A stretch of 64,000 nt of DNA from an uncultured Candidatus Saccharibacteria bacterium (GCA_964443675.1 CAYUDN010000001.1:10862-74861), one strand, 5' to 3'; positions 27,667 to 37,799 are shown, counted from the first letter of the stretch. Numbers and translations: made by a program. Notes: a model not told the origin generated them from the letters alone.

Positions 27667-28292
27667 GTCGAAGACCTCCGTATATTTTTTATATTTGATA
27701 TACTTTCCCTTGAGTCTAGGTTAGTGCATAGTAGTTCACGGATTACTATCACCGAACTCTTTCTCTATGAGAAATTGTAATCAGTATCATGGTGATCACG
27801 GTTACTATGACAGTGTTGTTGCTCTAGAGATACTGCTTACTACTTTTCAAGACAAATGAGCAATCATGTTGTCAGATAAAATACAGAATTATGAAGAAGA
27901 ACCTAAAAGGCTTTATGAGGCTTGGCCAGAAAAAGACTAGGCTGCCAATGAACATGAATACCCACACAGCCTTGAGCGGCCAAGGGGTTTCTGTGCTAGA
28001 ATTAGACATCTCACTTACTCTCTATGGTTGAGATTAATAAAATGAACAGAAAGTCTCCTTCTCAATTAGTGCCTGTGTTACTATACAACAAAACTATCAG
28101 TTTATCAAACCAATAAAAGACGAACCCAGTTTTGGGGTGAGATACTTAAAACCTTTTAAAACTCATTAAATTCCATTATCTCCTCCACTAACAATTCTCA
28201 ATTCTTTAGCCTCAGGGTTATATTGGTAGAGAGTTTCTACTCACACTTTACCCACATCTGCTTCTTCTGTATTCCATATATACTCTATCAAT

Positions 28293-28475
28293 ATGAAACT
28301 TTTATTTAAATTAATTGGGGTTGTTTTTATTGGTCTTGGGGTATTAGTTAATATGGTCTCAGTAATTGCTATTTTCAAAGGCCAGGAAACCGTTGCTGGT
28401 GTACTTGCTGCTGCTCTTTTTGTAGCACTCGGTGTTGCTATTATTGTTATTAATAAAAAGGGCTACACTTGGTAG
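28293..28475 (+). CDS. Small two-TM membrane protein (60 aa), tentative
   Basis: Two hydrophobic helices (LIGVVFIGLGVLVNMVSVIAIF and VLAAALFVALGVAIIVI). No SD is present. Confidence 0.35.
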   Translation: MKLLFKLIGVVFIGLGVLVNMVSVIAIFKGQETVAGVLAAALFVALGVAIIVINKKGYTW

Positions 28476-28479
28476 CTTA

Positions 28480-28773
28480 CTACACTTCTTGTCCTACTTG
28501 CTCCATTACACGGAGTACTTTTTTTAGACGAAGACCTTTTTTGGTTAGTGAATAGAAAGAATCTTCTTTGGTAAGTATTCCTTCTTGGGTTAGTGTGGTA
28601 AGTTTAAGGGTCAGGGTTCTTGTGCTAATCCCTTGAAGAGATCTTTCTAGTTCACAAAAACGTTTTTTGTGAACAATAAGATCTCGTATGATAAGCATTG
28701 TCCATACATCAGATAAAAGGAGTGCAAGTTTTTGAACTGGACAAAGGCTTTTGTCAGTAAGGGATGGTTTCAT
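28480..28773 (-). CDS. HxlR-family (MarR-like wHTH) transcriptional regulator
   Basis: 'CPVQKLALLLSDVWTMLIIRDL...RFCELERSLQGISTRTLTLKLTTLTQEGIL' follows the HxlR consensus. Confidence 0.75.
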   Translation of the reverse strand: MKPSLTDKSLCPVQKLALLLSDVWTMLIIRDLIVHKKRFCELERSLQGISTRTLTLKLTTLTQEGILTKEDSFYSLTKKGLRLKKVLRVMEQVGQEV

Positions 28774-28867
28774 GAAGACAATCTACCACATTTTTTGTTT
28801 TTTACAATACTTTACAAAGTAAAGTGTTTGCTTTATACTTTATTACTATAGTAATAACAATATAAGT

Positions 28868-29290
28868 ATGATCATCAATTTTCATCCAAAAGAATTAGAA
28901 AGTAAGAAAGGTAAAGAAGTGATTGCTTCTCTTAACCAAGGGGGCGCACATCAAGTGTTCCATTCAACTGATAAGAGCGCAGAGGAGTGGAAGGATGTTA
29001 TTAAGGGAGATGAAAAGCTTGTTCTCGTTGCTCCAACCTACTGGTGGGGGCTTAGTTATGAATTCGATAAGTGGGCGCAAAATGTTCTTAGTTATGGCTT
29101 CGCATATGAGTATAATGCTGAAGGATTCCCGGTTGGTTTACTTAATGGGAGAGAGTTCGAAGTACATACTACACAAGGGACACCTGAAGTGTATGCGTCT
29201 GAACTTCGTGAAAACATGAAGAAGCGTCTTGAAAAAGGAATCTTTGGATTCTGTGGCGGAAAGGTGACAGTACACTTCTATGTGGCGTAG
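28868..29290 (+). CDS. Flavodoxin-like NAD(P)H-dependent oxidoreductase (YwrO/MdaB/NQO-like)
   Basis: A 140-aa ORF with 'LVLVAPTYWWGLSYEFDKWAQNVL' typical of NAD(P)H dehydrogenase (quinone)-family proteins. It is divergent from the HxlR regulator, the usual pairing. Confidence 0.6.
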   Translation: MIINFHPKELESKKGKEVIASLNQGGAHQVFHSTDKSAEEWKDVIKGDEKLVLVAPTYWWGLSYEFDKWAQNVLSYGFAYEYNAEGFPVGLLNGREFEVHTTQGTPEVYASELRENMKKRLEKGIFGFCGGKVTVHFYVA

Positions 29291-29448
29291 AGGGTGGGTA
29301 TTAGAGATTAGACGTTAGACGTTAGACTTTAGAAAATGCAAGATAGAGGCGGCCGCGAAGCGGCTGCCCTCTGTATTTATCTGTTGCCTGAGAGCGCAGG
29401 GATCTGTAGTCCATACTCTAGTGTCTGTCTCTGTGCTATACTTTTTGT
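29291..29448. repeat. Member R1 of the long-hairpin intergenic repeat family (core gaggcggccgc-gaa-gcggctgccctc)
   Basis: Tandem tagacgt motifs on the left and atctgt/gtctgt motifs on the right around a GC-rich GAA-loop hairpin. Related copies are listed below. Confidence 0.55.
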
Positions 29449-29892
29449 ATGCTTATGTATTTAACACCAAGTAATATTATTGTCGCTGCTTTAGTTGCTT
29501 TTGCATATGGTGCACTTTGGTATTCACCAATTCTTTTTATTAACGTGTGGATGAAAGGGGAGGGTATGACAAAAGAAACACTCCCTAAGAGAACGCCTCT
29601 TTATCTTTTGCAAACTAACCTCTATTCTCTTATTTCTTTAGGGGCAATGGCTTCTGTGCTTGCCATTATTTTTGATCTTCTTGCAGTCCCTACGCTTAAA
29701 GCCGCTATTGCTCTTGCGCTTTTGCTTGGTTTTGGTCTTGTGGTAACGACACGTTTTATGGATATGATATATACCGTACATGGCAAGCATTATGAAGCTC
29801 GTTCGCAGATACGCTTCCTCCTCTCTTCTTCCTATTATCTTGGAACTATTGTAGTGCTCACCGTGGTGCTTTTTGCGATGGCTCACAGGTAA
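29449..29892 (+). CDS. Hypothetical membrane protein (147 aa, four TM)
   Basis: Hydrophobicity pattern only. Confidence 0.45.
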   Translation: MLMYLTPSNIIVAALVAFAYGALWYSPILFINVWMKGEGMTKETLPKRTPLYLLQTNLYSLISLGAMASVLAIIFDLLAVPTLKAAIALALLLGFGLVVTTRFMDMIYTVHGKHYEARSQIRFLLSSSYYLGTIVVLTVVLFAMAHR

Positions 29893-29976
29893 TTGTGTAA
29901 AGGGTATATTACTATAGGTTTTTTGGGTATATTGGTATACACTGATAGATATTGAGAGATAATTTCTGTACGTCTA

Positions 29977-30357
29977 ATGAAAGAAATGACACCAAAAAGA
30001 ATTTTGATTATTGAAGATGAAAAGCCGTTAGCGCACGCGCTTTCACTTAAGCTTTCTCATGAAGGTTTTGAAGTTGTTACTGCACTTACTGGAGATGAAG
30101 GGGTGGAGTATCTTTCAAAAGAAAAGTTTGATATGGTGCTCACTGATCTTATTATTCCAGGAGCTGACGGATTCAAGGTACTTGAGTTGATTAAAGAGAA
30201 AAAGATTAAGACACACGTTATTGTTATTACTAATCTTAATCAAGAAGAAGATAAGAAGAGGGTCTTTGATCTTGGTGCAGCAGAGTTTTTTGTGAAGTCG
30301 AATACGCCAATATCCTCTATTGTTGAAAGTGTGAAGAAAAAAATACAATCTTCCTGA
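29977..30357 (+). CDS. Single-domain response regulator (CheY-like receiver)
   Basis: 'ILIIEDEKPLA...DMVLTDLIIPGADGF...' gives the receiver-domain D-D-K pattern. It lies immediately upstream of pilB. Confidence 0.8.
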   Translation: MKEMTPKRILIIEDEKPLAHALSLKLSHEGFEVVTALTGDEGVEYLSKEKFDMVLTDLIIPGADGFKVLELIKEKKIKTHVIVITNLNQEEDKKRVFDLGAAEFFVKSNTPISSIVESVKKKIQSS

Positions 30358-30386
30358 TATACTAAAGGTATCGTTATTTATTTTGT

Positions 30387-32072
30387 ATGAACATTGACAC
30401 TAACAACATAAAAGAAATACTCATCACTGGTAACTACATTAGTGAGGACGACGCAAAGAAAGCAGAAGATATTGCTAAGAAAAGTAATATTAGTTTTATT
30501 GAAGCACTTCGTCGTGATGGTATTGTAAATAGTGACATTGTTGGCCAGGCAACAGCAGAGAGCTTTGGTGTTCCTTATGCTGATCTTAACTCTGCTTCTA
30601 TTAGTGCAGACCAGGTGCGTAAGATTGACGAAGATACTGCTAAGAAACTACGAGTGGTTCTTTTTAACGAAGAGGAAGAAGGGTCAGTTACAGTAACTAC
30701 TGATAACCCAAAACAAGAAGGTCTTGCTAAGGAACTCGGAGCTATTTTTAAAGGAAAGAAAGTAGTGATTACCTATTCTTTGTCTGAAGACATTGATGCA
30801 TTTTTTATTTTTTATGAAAAACCACTTGATACAAGATTTTCAAAAATTATCGAAGAGTCAAGTGATCAAGTTGCTCCAGAAATTCTCGAAGAGATTTTTG
30901 ATGATGCGATTACCTACAAAGCTTCTGATGTGCACTTCGAACCACAAGCACGAGTAGTGGTAATTAGATTCCGTGTTGATGGAGTGCTTCATGAAGCAGG
31001 AAGATTACCAAAAGAATACTATGAGAATGTTCTTAATCGTATCAAAGTTAAGAGTGCTCTTCGTATTGATGAGCACTACGCGGCACAAGATGGTTCGCTT
31101 CATTACGATAGCAAACGAAATGGTGTGGCAGTTGATATGCGTACTTCCATTGTACCTATCGTGGAAGGGGAGAAGGTGGTACTTCGTATTCTTGGTTCGT
31201 ATGTACAAGGACTTACTTTTAATGATCTTGGGTTAACGCCTAAGAATCAAGAGCTTCTTCGAGAAGCTGCGGACAAACCTTTTGGTATGATCCTTGTCGT
31301 TGGACCAACAGGGTCTGGTAAGACCACGACACTGTATTCTTTGCTTAAGATGCTTAATACACCAGATACGAATATTACTACTATTGAAGATCCTGTGGAG
31401 TATAAGGTGCAAGGACTTAATCAAATACAGGTAACACAAGCTACAGGGTTAACGTTTGCGCGAGGACTTCGTGCAATTGTGCGACAAGACCCAGATATTA
31501 TTCTTGTGGGAGAGATTCGCGACTTAGAGACCGTAGAAATATCAGTGAATGCTGCGCTCACTGGACACTTACTTCTTTCTACTTTTCATGCTAATGATGC
31601 TGCAACTGCTATTCCTCGTCTTCTTGATATGGGGACAGAGCCATTTCTTCTTGCGTCAACAATGAATCTTATTATTGCACAACGTCTTGTGCGTAAAATT
31701 TGTGATCACTGTAAAGTAAGTAGCATCAAAAAACCTTCTGACTTCGACACTCCACAATTAAAAGGAGTTATGAAGTTTTTGCCATCCAAAAATCTTACTC
31801 TGTATGAAGGGAAGAAATGCGAGGCATGCGGATTCACTGGGTATAAAGGGAGAACTTCTATTTATGAAGTAATTAAGATCACACCAACTATGCAAGATCT
31901 TATAGTAAAGCGCCCCTCTGCTCAAGAAATTTGGAAACTTGCACGAAAGGAAGGTGCGTTGTCGGTGTTTGAAGATGGTCTCGAAAAAGTAAAGAACGGT
32001 CTTACGACTATTGATGAACTAGTGCGTATTGCACCACCACCAGATAAGCTTTTTGATGAAAAAGAAAAATAA
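30387..32072 (+). CDS. pilB: Type IV pilus assembly ATPase PilB (GspE family)
   Basis: Walker A 'VGPTGSGKTTT', 'ILVGEIRD' and a tetracysteine motif (CDHC...CEAC). Confidence 0.9.
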   Translation: MNIDTNNIKEILITGNYISEDDAKKAEDIAKKSNISFIEALRRDGIVNSDIVGQATAESFGVPYADLNSASISADQVRKIDEDTAKKLRVVLFNEEEEGSVTVTTDNPKQEGLAKELGAIFKGKKVVITYSLSEDIDAFFIFYEKPLDTRFSKIIEESSDQVAPEILEEIFDDAITYKASDVHFEPQARVVVIRFRVDGVLHEAGRLPKEYYENVLNRIKVKSALRIDEHYAAQDGSLHYDSKRNGVAVDMRTSIVPIVEGEKVVLRILGSYVQGLTFNDLGLTPKNQELLREAADKPFGMILVVGPTGSGKTTTLYSLLKMLNTPDTNITTIEDPVEYKVQGLNQIQVTQATGLTFARGLRAIVRQDPDIILVGEIRDLETVEISVNAALTGHLLLSTFHANDAATAIPRLLDMGTEPFLLASTMNLIIAQRLVRKICDHCKVSSIKKPSDFDTPQLKGVMKFLPSKNLTLYEGKKCEACGFTGYKGRTSIYEVIKITPTMQDLIVKRPSAQEIWKLARKEGALSVFEDGLEKVKNGLTTIDELVRIAPPPDKLFDEKEK

Positions 32073-32074
32073 AT

Positions 32075-33496
32075 ATGCCATCCGCTGCTCTTACAAAAAA
32101 GAATAGTGCTAAAGCAACCAAGAAAGTAAGTAAGACTGCCAAGGAAGTACAAGAAGAAAAGAAAGAAGAAAATGTAGCAACACCAAAGACGACACCTAAA
32201 GAAGTGGCGGTATTACAAAGCGTCACACAAGAACACAAAGAAAAAGAGAATGCACAAGAAAAGAAATCATTCTTTTCTTTTTTGAAACGCTACAAAGAGA
32301 CAAAAGAAAAGAAAGAGGATACAAAAGAACCTAACAACTCCCAAGGTGTCACTTCTTTAGAATCAAAAGTTTCTATTTCTGAGCCTGTGCGCGCAACTCC
32401 TGCACCTGAGAGAAAGATTGCAGCACGAGAACACCTATCGACATTTGGTCTTGGGAAAGAAAGAGATCAGTTCATTGAAAACTTAAGTATGCTTGTGCTT
32501 TCTGGAATGACTATTGTTGATGCGCTCACCTCTATCATTAAGCAGACAAAAAATGGAGGAATGAAAAAAATTCTTGAAAGAATGCTTCTTGAGATTGAGT
32601 CTGGATCGACGGTGTGGAAAGCTTTTCTTGCAACAGACCTTTTTAAGGGGTATACTATTTCGCTTATTCGTCTTGGGGAAGAATCTGGTAATTTTGCTGA
32701 GAACTTAAAAGTTGTCGCGCTTGAAGAGGAAAAGGATCGTGAGTTTAAGTCAAAGATTCGTTCAGCACTGATGTATCCAGTGTTTGTGCTTACTCTTACA
32801 GCGGTTGTCGGTATTGGTATTTCTTGGTTTATTCTCCCTAAACTTGCTAAGATTTTTGAGGATCTTAAGCTTACTCTCCCTTTTATTACACGAGTACTTA
32901 TTGGCTTTGGAATGTTTCTTAATAAGCACGGACTTATTGCTGTCCCACTTGGGGTTTTTGTGGTAGGGCTTATCGGGTATGTAGTATTTTTCTACAAAAA
33001 AACAAAATATGTAGGAGAAGTTATTATTTTTTCTATTCCAGGTATTAAGACACTTCTTATGGAGGTTGAGGTTGCTAGGTTCGGGTATCTTCTTGGAACA
33101 TTGCTTGATGCAGGGCTTCCTGTGACAAAAGCTATTGATTCTTTGGCGGGTGCGTCAGATGTGGTACGTTACAAGAGGTTTTATCTTCATTTACGGGAAT
33201 CAATCGAGCTTGGTAACTCTTTTGAAAAAAGTTTTGCGAGTTACAAAAAAATAAACGTACTTATCCCCGAACCAATACAGCAACTCATCGTATCAGGAGA
33301 AAAGTCAGGGAATTTGAACAAGACACTTGTGAAGGTTGGACAAGTACTTGAAGCAAAATCAGACACTACTACGAAAAACCTTACTATTATCATGGAGCCG
33401 ATACTTCTTGTGATTGTGTGGGCAGGTGTGGTATCAGTTGCGTTTGCGGTGATCTTGCCAATTTATAGTTTGGTTGGAGGACTTAATAATGTATAA
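32075..33496 (+). CDS. pilC: Type IV pilus platform protein PilC (GspF family) with about 110-aa Lys/Glu-rich N-terminal extension
   Basis: Two GspF repeats and three TM segments. Residues 1 to about 110 are low-complexity K/E-rich. Confidence 0.85.
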   Translation: MPSAALTKKNSAKATKKVSKTAKEVQEEKKEENVATPKTTPKEVAVLQSVTQEHKEKENAQEKKSFFSFLKRYKETKEKKEDTKEPNNSQGVTSLESKVSISEPVRATPAPERKIAAREHLSTFGLGKERDQFIENLSMLVLSGMTIVDALTSIIKQTKNGGMKKILERMLLEIESGSTVWKAFLATDLFKGYTISLIRLGEESGNFAENLKVVALEEEKDREFKSKIRSALMYPVFVLTLTAVVGIGISWFILPKLAKIFEDLKLTLPFITRVLIGFGMFLNKHGLIAVPLGVFVVGLIGYVVFFYKKTKYVGEVIIFSIPGIKTLLMEVEVARFGYLLGTLLDAGLPVTKAIDSLAGASDVVRYKRFYLHLRESIELGNSFEKSFASYKKINVLIPEPIQQLIVSGEKSGNLNKTLVKVGQVLEAKSDTTTKNLTIIMEPILLVIVWAGVVSVAFAVILPIYSLVGGLNNV

Positions 33497-33956
33497 CTTT
33501 TTTTTGAAAATTACTAAGAGTAGGTCAGTACGAGGGTTCACTCTTCAGGAGATTCTTCTTTCTGTTGCGCTTGTTGCTATTATCGCAGGCATGTCACTGC
33601 CAATGTATCGCACTTTTATTACAAGAGATGATTTAGATACAGCAGTTACTTCATTTGCATACGCCTCACGTCGGGCACAGGCACTTTCATTTTCTTCAGA
33701 TGGGGATACTGGATGGGGTGTACATGTGGGGGTTGGAGGTATACTACTCTTTAAGGGTGCAAGTTATGTCGGAAGAGATGCATCATTTGATGAGGTGACT
33801 TCTATACCAACTACAATTACCATCTCAGGACTTACTGATATTACTTTTGCAAAAGTAACTGGTGAGCCATACGCGACAGGAACAGTGAGCTTTACTTCAC
33901 AAGATAATGAAACACGCACTGCAACAATTAATGAAAAAGGAACAATTGACTACTAG
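33489..33956 (+). CDS. Prepilin-type pseudopilin / minor pilin
   Basis: 'RGFTLQEILLSVALVAIIAGMSLPMY' is a class III signal with G|FTLxE. The start ATG at 33489 overlaps the pilC stop by 8 nt. Confidence 0.7.
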   Translation: MYNFFLKITKSRSVRGFTLQEILLSVALVAIIAGMSLPMYRTFITRDDLDTAVTSFAYASRRAQALSFSSDGDTGWGVHVGVGGILLFKGASYVGRDASFDEVTSIPTTITISGLTDITFAKVTGEPYATGTVSFTSQDNETRTATINEKGTIDY

Positions 33957-36228
33957 ATTAAGGAGAGGGTTTTTTCTAGTAGAGATGCTTCTTACGAGTG
34001 CTATTTTTGTGCTATTTTTGGCTGGATTTTCTGGAGCACTGTACTATGGGCTTCAGTCGTCTTCTCTAGCCGGGGAAAGAGGGAGAGCAATGTCGTATGC
34101 AGAAGAGGGGCAGGAAGCAGTAAGAAGTATTCGTAATGCGAACTTCGCTAACCTGGTCGATGGAACGTATGGATTGTCGTACTCATCAGGAGCTTGGAGT
34201 CTTACAGGGAGTCAAGATACCTCTGGTATTTTTACTAGAACCGTTACCGTAGCGAGTGTGGGGTCTAACAAGAAAAATGTTACCGTTACTGTAACGTGGA
34301 GACAAACACCTTCACGAACAGGAAGTGTGAGTATGGAATCTCGTTTTACTAATTGGAAAACTATTCCTAATCTTGGTGTTGGTATTACTGTCAATGCAAT
34401 TGTGATTAATCATGGTCTCAATAAAGTCGCTACTGATTTTGCTCCTTATAAAGTGGGAACTACTACAGTAACTTTGGCGACATCAACACTTTTTGCTCCT
34501 GGAACATACACGGTTACCGCCGTAACAGATCCAGATTACACAACAACATTTAGTGGTGACTGTAATGCAAGTGGTCAGATCACTGTTGCTACTGGAAGTG
34601 CTAAGTTATGTACTATTACTCATGAGGAGAAGTTGGCCTATGTCACTCTTACTAATACTGTGATTAATCACGGAGGTAATAAAACCGTTACGGACTTTGC
34701 TCCTTACAAAGTAGGTTCGACAACAGTGATACTTAATACTCCTACACCAATTAATTCAGGAAGCTATCAGATTACAGAAGCAACAAGCTCTAACTACACT
34801 CTTACGTTTACAGGGGATTGTTTTACTAACGGAACTATTACTCTTACTTCTAATTCAACAAAGTCATGTGCCCTTACTAATGAAGAAAATATACAAGGTG
34901 GAGGAGGAAGTCAGTCTCTTGCAGGTATTACTATTTATGGTGATGGGTCTAATGTGCCAAAGTATCGTACCTTTAATCAGAATACTAATCAATTTAGTGC
35001 CGAGACAGGAACCTTTACTGCAACCGTTGGCCCAACATGGATTATTCGTGCTTCTCCAACACAACATATTGCACTTGCTGGGTATTACGACAACTCAGCA
35101 ACGTTAACCATTATGTGTTTTGATGGAACTAACTGGACTAAAGAGTTCGCTGCGCAGTCCGGAGGTGTTGGTAATAGGCATCGTTTTGATATTGCATTCG
35201 AGAAGACTTCTGGTAAAGCTATGGTGGTATTCAGTAAAGGAAGTTATGTGTTTGGTGACTTAGGCTACAGAACTAAAACGGGGGGCACAGGGTGTGGTCA
35301 AGGGTGGTCAAATGAAAGTATTCTTGCTCCGACAAGAACTTCTAACGATATTATGTATGTAAAACTTGCACAAGATCGTCGGATTGGGTCTAATCTTTTG
35401 GCGCTTACGTGGGTGGATACAAGTGAGGATATTTCTGCGCGTATATGGGACGGAAGTTCGTGGATGAATGAACCAACCGCAGTTACAGATAATAATCTTG
35501 AGCGAATTACCTCCTCCCATGATATAGAGAATATGGATATAGAGTATGAGTCTCTTTCTGGGGATCTTATGTTGGTGTGGTCTAATGCACTTGGTAACAA
35601 TGGAACAAACGGAGTTCGTTATCGAACATGTACAGGCGGTATTGCGGCGTGTACATGGAATCCGGTAACAACACCACCTTCTTTCCTTGATGATGCAACA
35701 AGCCTAGATATTTCCGCTAATCCAGCTTCTGATGAGATAGTATTTGCATCTATCGGAAACGCAGGCGGTGACCTTCAACTTGGTTATTGGAGTGGTAACG
35801 CATGGACAGATACACCAAATGCAGACACTTCATGCACGGTACCGTACACCGCTTCTAAGTTAGTAACAACGGGATGGCTTATTCTTGGAAGCACTACTCG
35901 TTCTGTTGTTGTGTATTCTGATCTTAATTCAACCAATATTAACTGGTATACCGGTAACGGTGGAGTGTTTACACGTCAATCAGACTTTACTCCTTCAACA
36001 CCGATAGCAAGTCCAAGAGGGTATATGGATATCTATATGAACCCAAGAGATTACGCACAGCTAATGTATTACACTTCGGATAACAATAGTGACTTTTTTG
36101 CGAAACGTCTCATGATGACAGGTACCTCTACACTCACCTGGACTAATTCAGACGGCGGCCCTCCTCTTGAAACAACTCTCCCACAAATCATCTCGTCTCC
36201 TTTTTCGTTTACTTTTTGGCAACAGTAA
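33907..36228 (+). CDS. Large prepilin-type protein (773 aa), candidate tip adhesin with tandem about 85-aa repeats
   Basis: N-terminal 'RRGFFLVEMLLTSAIFVLFLAGF'. Two tandem repeats 'VINHG.NK..TDFAPYKVG.TTV.L.T...GDC...G.IT...S.K.C..T.EE' lie at about nt 34400-34890. The start is ambiguous between 33907 and 33931; both overlap the previous gene. Confidence 0.7.
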   Translation: MKHALQQLMKKEQLTTRLRRGFFLVEMLLTSAIFVLFLAGFSGALYYGLQSSSLAGERGRAMSYAEEGQEAVRSIRNANFANLVDGTYGLSYSSGAWSLTGSQDTSGIFTRTVTVASVGSNKKNVTVTVTWRQTPSRTGSVSMESRFTNWKTIPNLGVGITVNAIVINHGLNKVATDFAPYKVGTTTVTLATSTLFAPGTYTVTAVTDPDYTTTFSGDCNASGQITVATGSAKLCTITHEEKLAYVTLTNTVINHGGNKTVTDFAPYKVGSTTVILNTPTPINSGSYQITEATSSNYTLTFTGDCFTNGTITLTSNSTKSCALTNEENIQGGGGSQSLAGITIYGDGSNVPKYRTFNQNTNQFSAETGTFTATVGPTWIIRASPTQHIALAGYYDNSATLTIMCFDGTNWTKEFAAQSGGVGNRHRFDIAFEKTSGKAMVVFSKGSYVFGDLGYRTKTGGTGCGQGWSNESILAPTRTSNDIMYVKLAQDRRIGSNLLALTWVDTSEDISARIWDGSSWMNEPTAVTDNNLERITSSHDIENMDIEYESLSGDLMLVWSNALGNNGTNGVRYRTCTGGIAACTWNPVTTPPSFLDDATSLDISANPASDEIVFASIGNAGGDLQLGYWSGNAWTDTPNADTSCTVPYTASKLVTTGWLILGSTTRSVVVYSDLNSTNINWYTGNGGVFTRQSDFTPSTPIASPRGYMDIYMNPRDYAQLMYYTSDNNSDFFAKRLMMTGTSTLTWTNSDGGPPLETTLPQIISSPFSFTFWQQ

Positions 36229-36232
36229 TTCT

Positions 36233-36748
36233 ATGCAACACTTTTCTTCACAAAAAGGATTTACTTTAGTTGAAATGGTGCTATATGTTGCTATTTGCTC
36301 ATTGTTTTTGGTTTCCAGTTCTTACTTTTTGTCATTTCTTATGGAGTCCAAAGTTCGTTCTCAGGTGATGAATGAAGTAAATCAACAAGGGGTACAAATA
36401 ACCACACTGCTGACAAGAACTATTCGTGGTGCACGAAGCATCGATGTGCCTCTGGTCGGCACTGCCTCTACTACGCTTTCCTTGACCGTGGTAGATGGTA
36501 CTCGTAGCCCAACGGTATTTACTTCCAGTTCTTCTGTGTTTACAATTCGAGAAGGGGGTAAGAGTTCTGTAGCCCTTACAAATCACCGTATTGTGGTAAC
36601 CGATCTTCTTTTCCAAAATGTATCAGCATCTTCTTCGCTTGAAAAAATAGTACGCTTTTCTTTTGTGCTTCGATACGCAACCACAAGTAGTAGTAATGCT
36701 ACGTATGAATATTCTAAAACATTTTCTGGAAGCGCAATTGTGCGTTAA
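36233..36748 (+). CDS. Prepilin-type pseudopilin
   Basis: 'MQHFSSQKGFTLVEMVLYVAICSLFLV'. The ATG at 36233 directly follows the previous stop. Confidence 0.7.
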   Translation: MQHFSSQKGFTLVEMVLYVAICSLFLVSSSYFLSFLMESKVRSQVMNEVNQQGVQITTLLTRTIRGARSIDVPLVGTASTTLSLTVVDGTRSPTVFTSSSSVFTIREGGKSSVALTNHRIVVTDLLFQNVSASSSLEKIVRFSFVLRYATTSSSNATYEYSKTFSGSAIVR

Positions 36749-36757
36749 TATACTAAT

Positions 36758-37171
36758 ATGAATCTACGTCCTCATGTACAACAACTTACTCGTGGTTACA
36801 TTGCCATGCTCTCCGTTATCCTCATTGCTGCAATAGGTACTGTGGTAATGATGTCTGTCGTTGCTTCTGGTGTTGATTCTGGTAAAACTAATCTTTCTCT
36901 TCAGCTTTCTGGCACAGCAAGGATGATGGCAACTTCTTGTGTTGAAGAAGCGCTTCAAGAGATCATTGATACCGGCACTACTTCTAAAAGGGGCATGTTG
37001 ACACTTGGCTCTAATTCATGTGATTACACAATCAGCACCTCTTCTGGGCAAACAATTCTTGTTAAAGCAACAGGCACAGCAATGACGGTAGTCTCAAAAA
37101 TCCTTGTAATTATAGCTTCTACCACCCCCTCTCTTACGTTATCCTCATGGCAAGAGGTTTCTGACTTCTAA
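36758..37171 (+). CDS. Minor pilin-like protein (PilX-like), tentative
   Basis: N-terminal 'QQLTRGYIAMLSVILIAAIGTVVMM' hydrophobic segment resembling the PilX/minor-pilin leader. No canonical GFxxxE motif. Confidence 0.45.
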   Translation: MNLRPHVQQLTRGYIAMLSVILIAAIGTVVMMSVVASGVDSGKTNLSLQLSGTARMMATSCVEEALQEIIDTGTTSKRGMLTLGSNSCDYTISTSSGQTILVKATGTAMTVVSKILVIIASTTPSLTLSSWQEVSDF

Positions 37172-37339
37172 AGCCTTTTTTGTCTGTTATACTTATATAC
37201 ATAGGTTAGTAAAGGTTATTCCTGTTGTCCGACGGGACAGCAAAATCTTTACAGAGGTTTTTCTTTTTTTAAGAAAAGCTCTATTTAAAAAGTTTAATTA
37301 GTTTCGAATACATTTTTGTGTATTCATAAAATATATTTT

Positions 37340-37795
37340 ATGAAAAACTTTACTCGTAACCAGAAAGGATTTACTCTTATTGAAATCCTTCTCGTGGTTG
37401 CTGCTATTGCTATTCTTGCCGGTATTGTGATCGTTGCTATTAACCCAGCTAAGCAGCTTGGTGATACTCGTAACGCAGACCGTCGTTCCGCAGTTAACAC
37501 TATTCTTAACGCGGTTACTCAGTACGCAATTGATAACAACGGTGTTCTTCCAACTGGTATCTCAACTACCACTACAGAAATCTGTTCTTCATCTGTTGCA
37601 ACAACTTCATGTACAGGTCTTGTAGATCTTTCAGTGCTTACTCTTAATGGTAAGTATCTTGGGGCTGTTCCAGATGAACCTCAGAAGACTAATGCAAATG
37701 GCGCAGGGTATATGATCTCTAAGAATTCTAATGGTCGTGTTACTGTAGCTGCACAGTTCGCAGAGCAGGGGGCAACTATCTCTGTAACCCGCTAA
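37340..37795 (+). CDS. pilA: Type IV major pilin (PilA-like)
   Basis: 'MKNFTRNQKGFTLIEILLVVAAIAILAGIV' is a canonical class III signal and N-methyl-Phe pilin N-terminus. The start is moved to ATG 37340. Confidence 0.75.
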   Translation: MKNFTRNQKGFTLIEILLVVAAIAILAGIVIVAINPAKQLGDTRNADRRSAVNTILNAVTQYAIDNNGVLPTGISTTTTEICSSSVATTSCTGLVDLSVLTLNGKYLGAVPDEPQKTNANGAGYMISKNSNGRVTVAAQFAEQGATISVTR

Positions 37796-37799
37796 TTGT

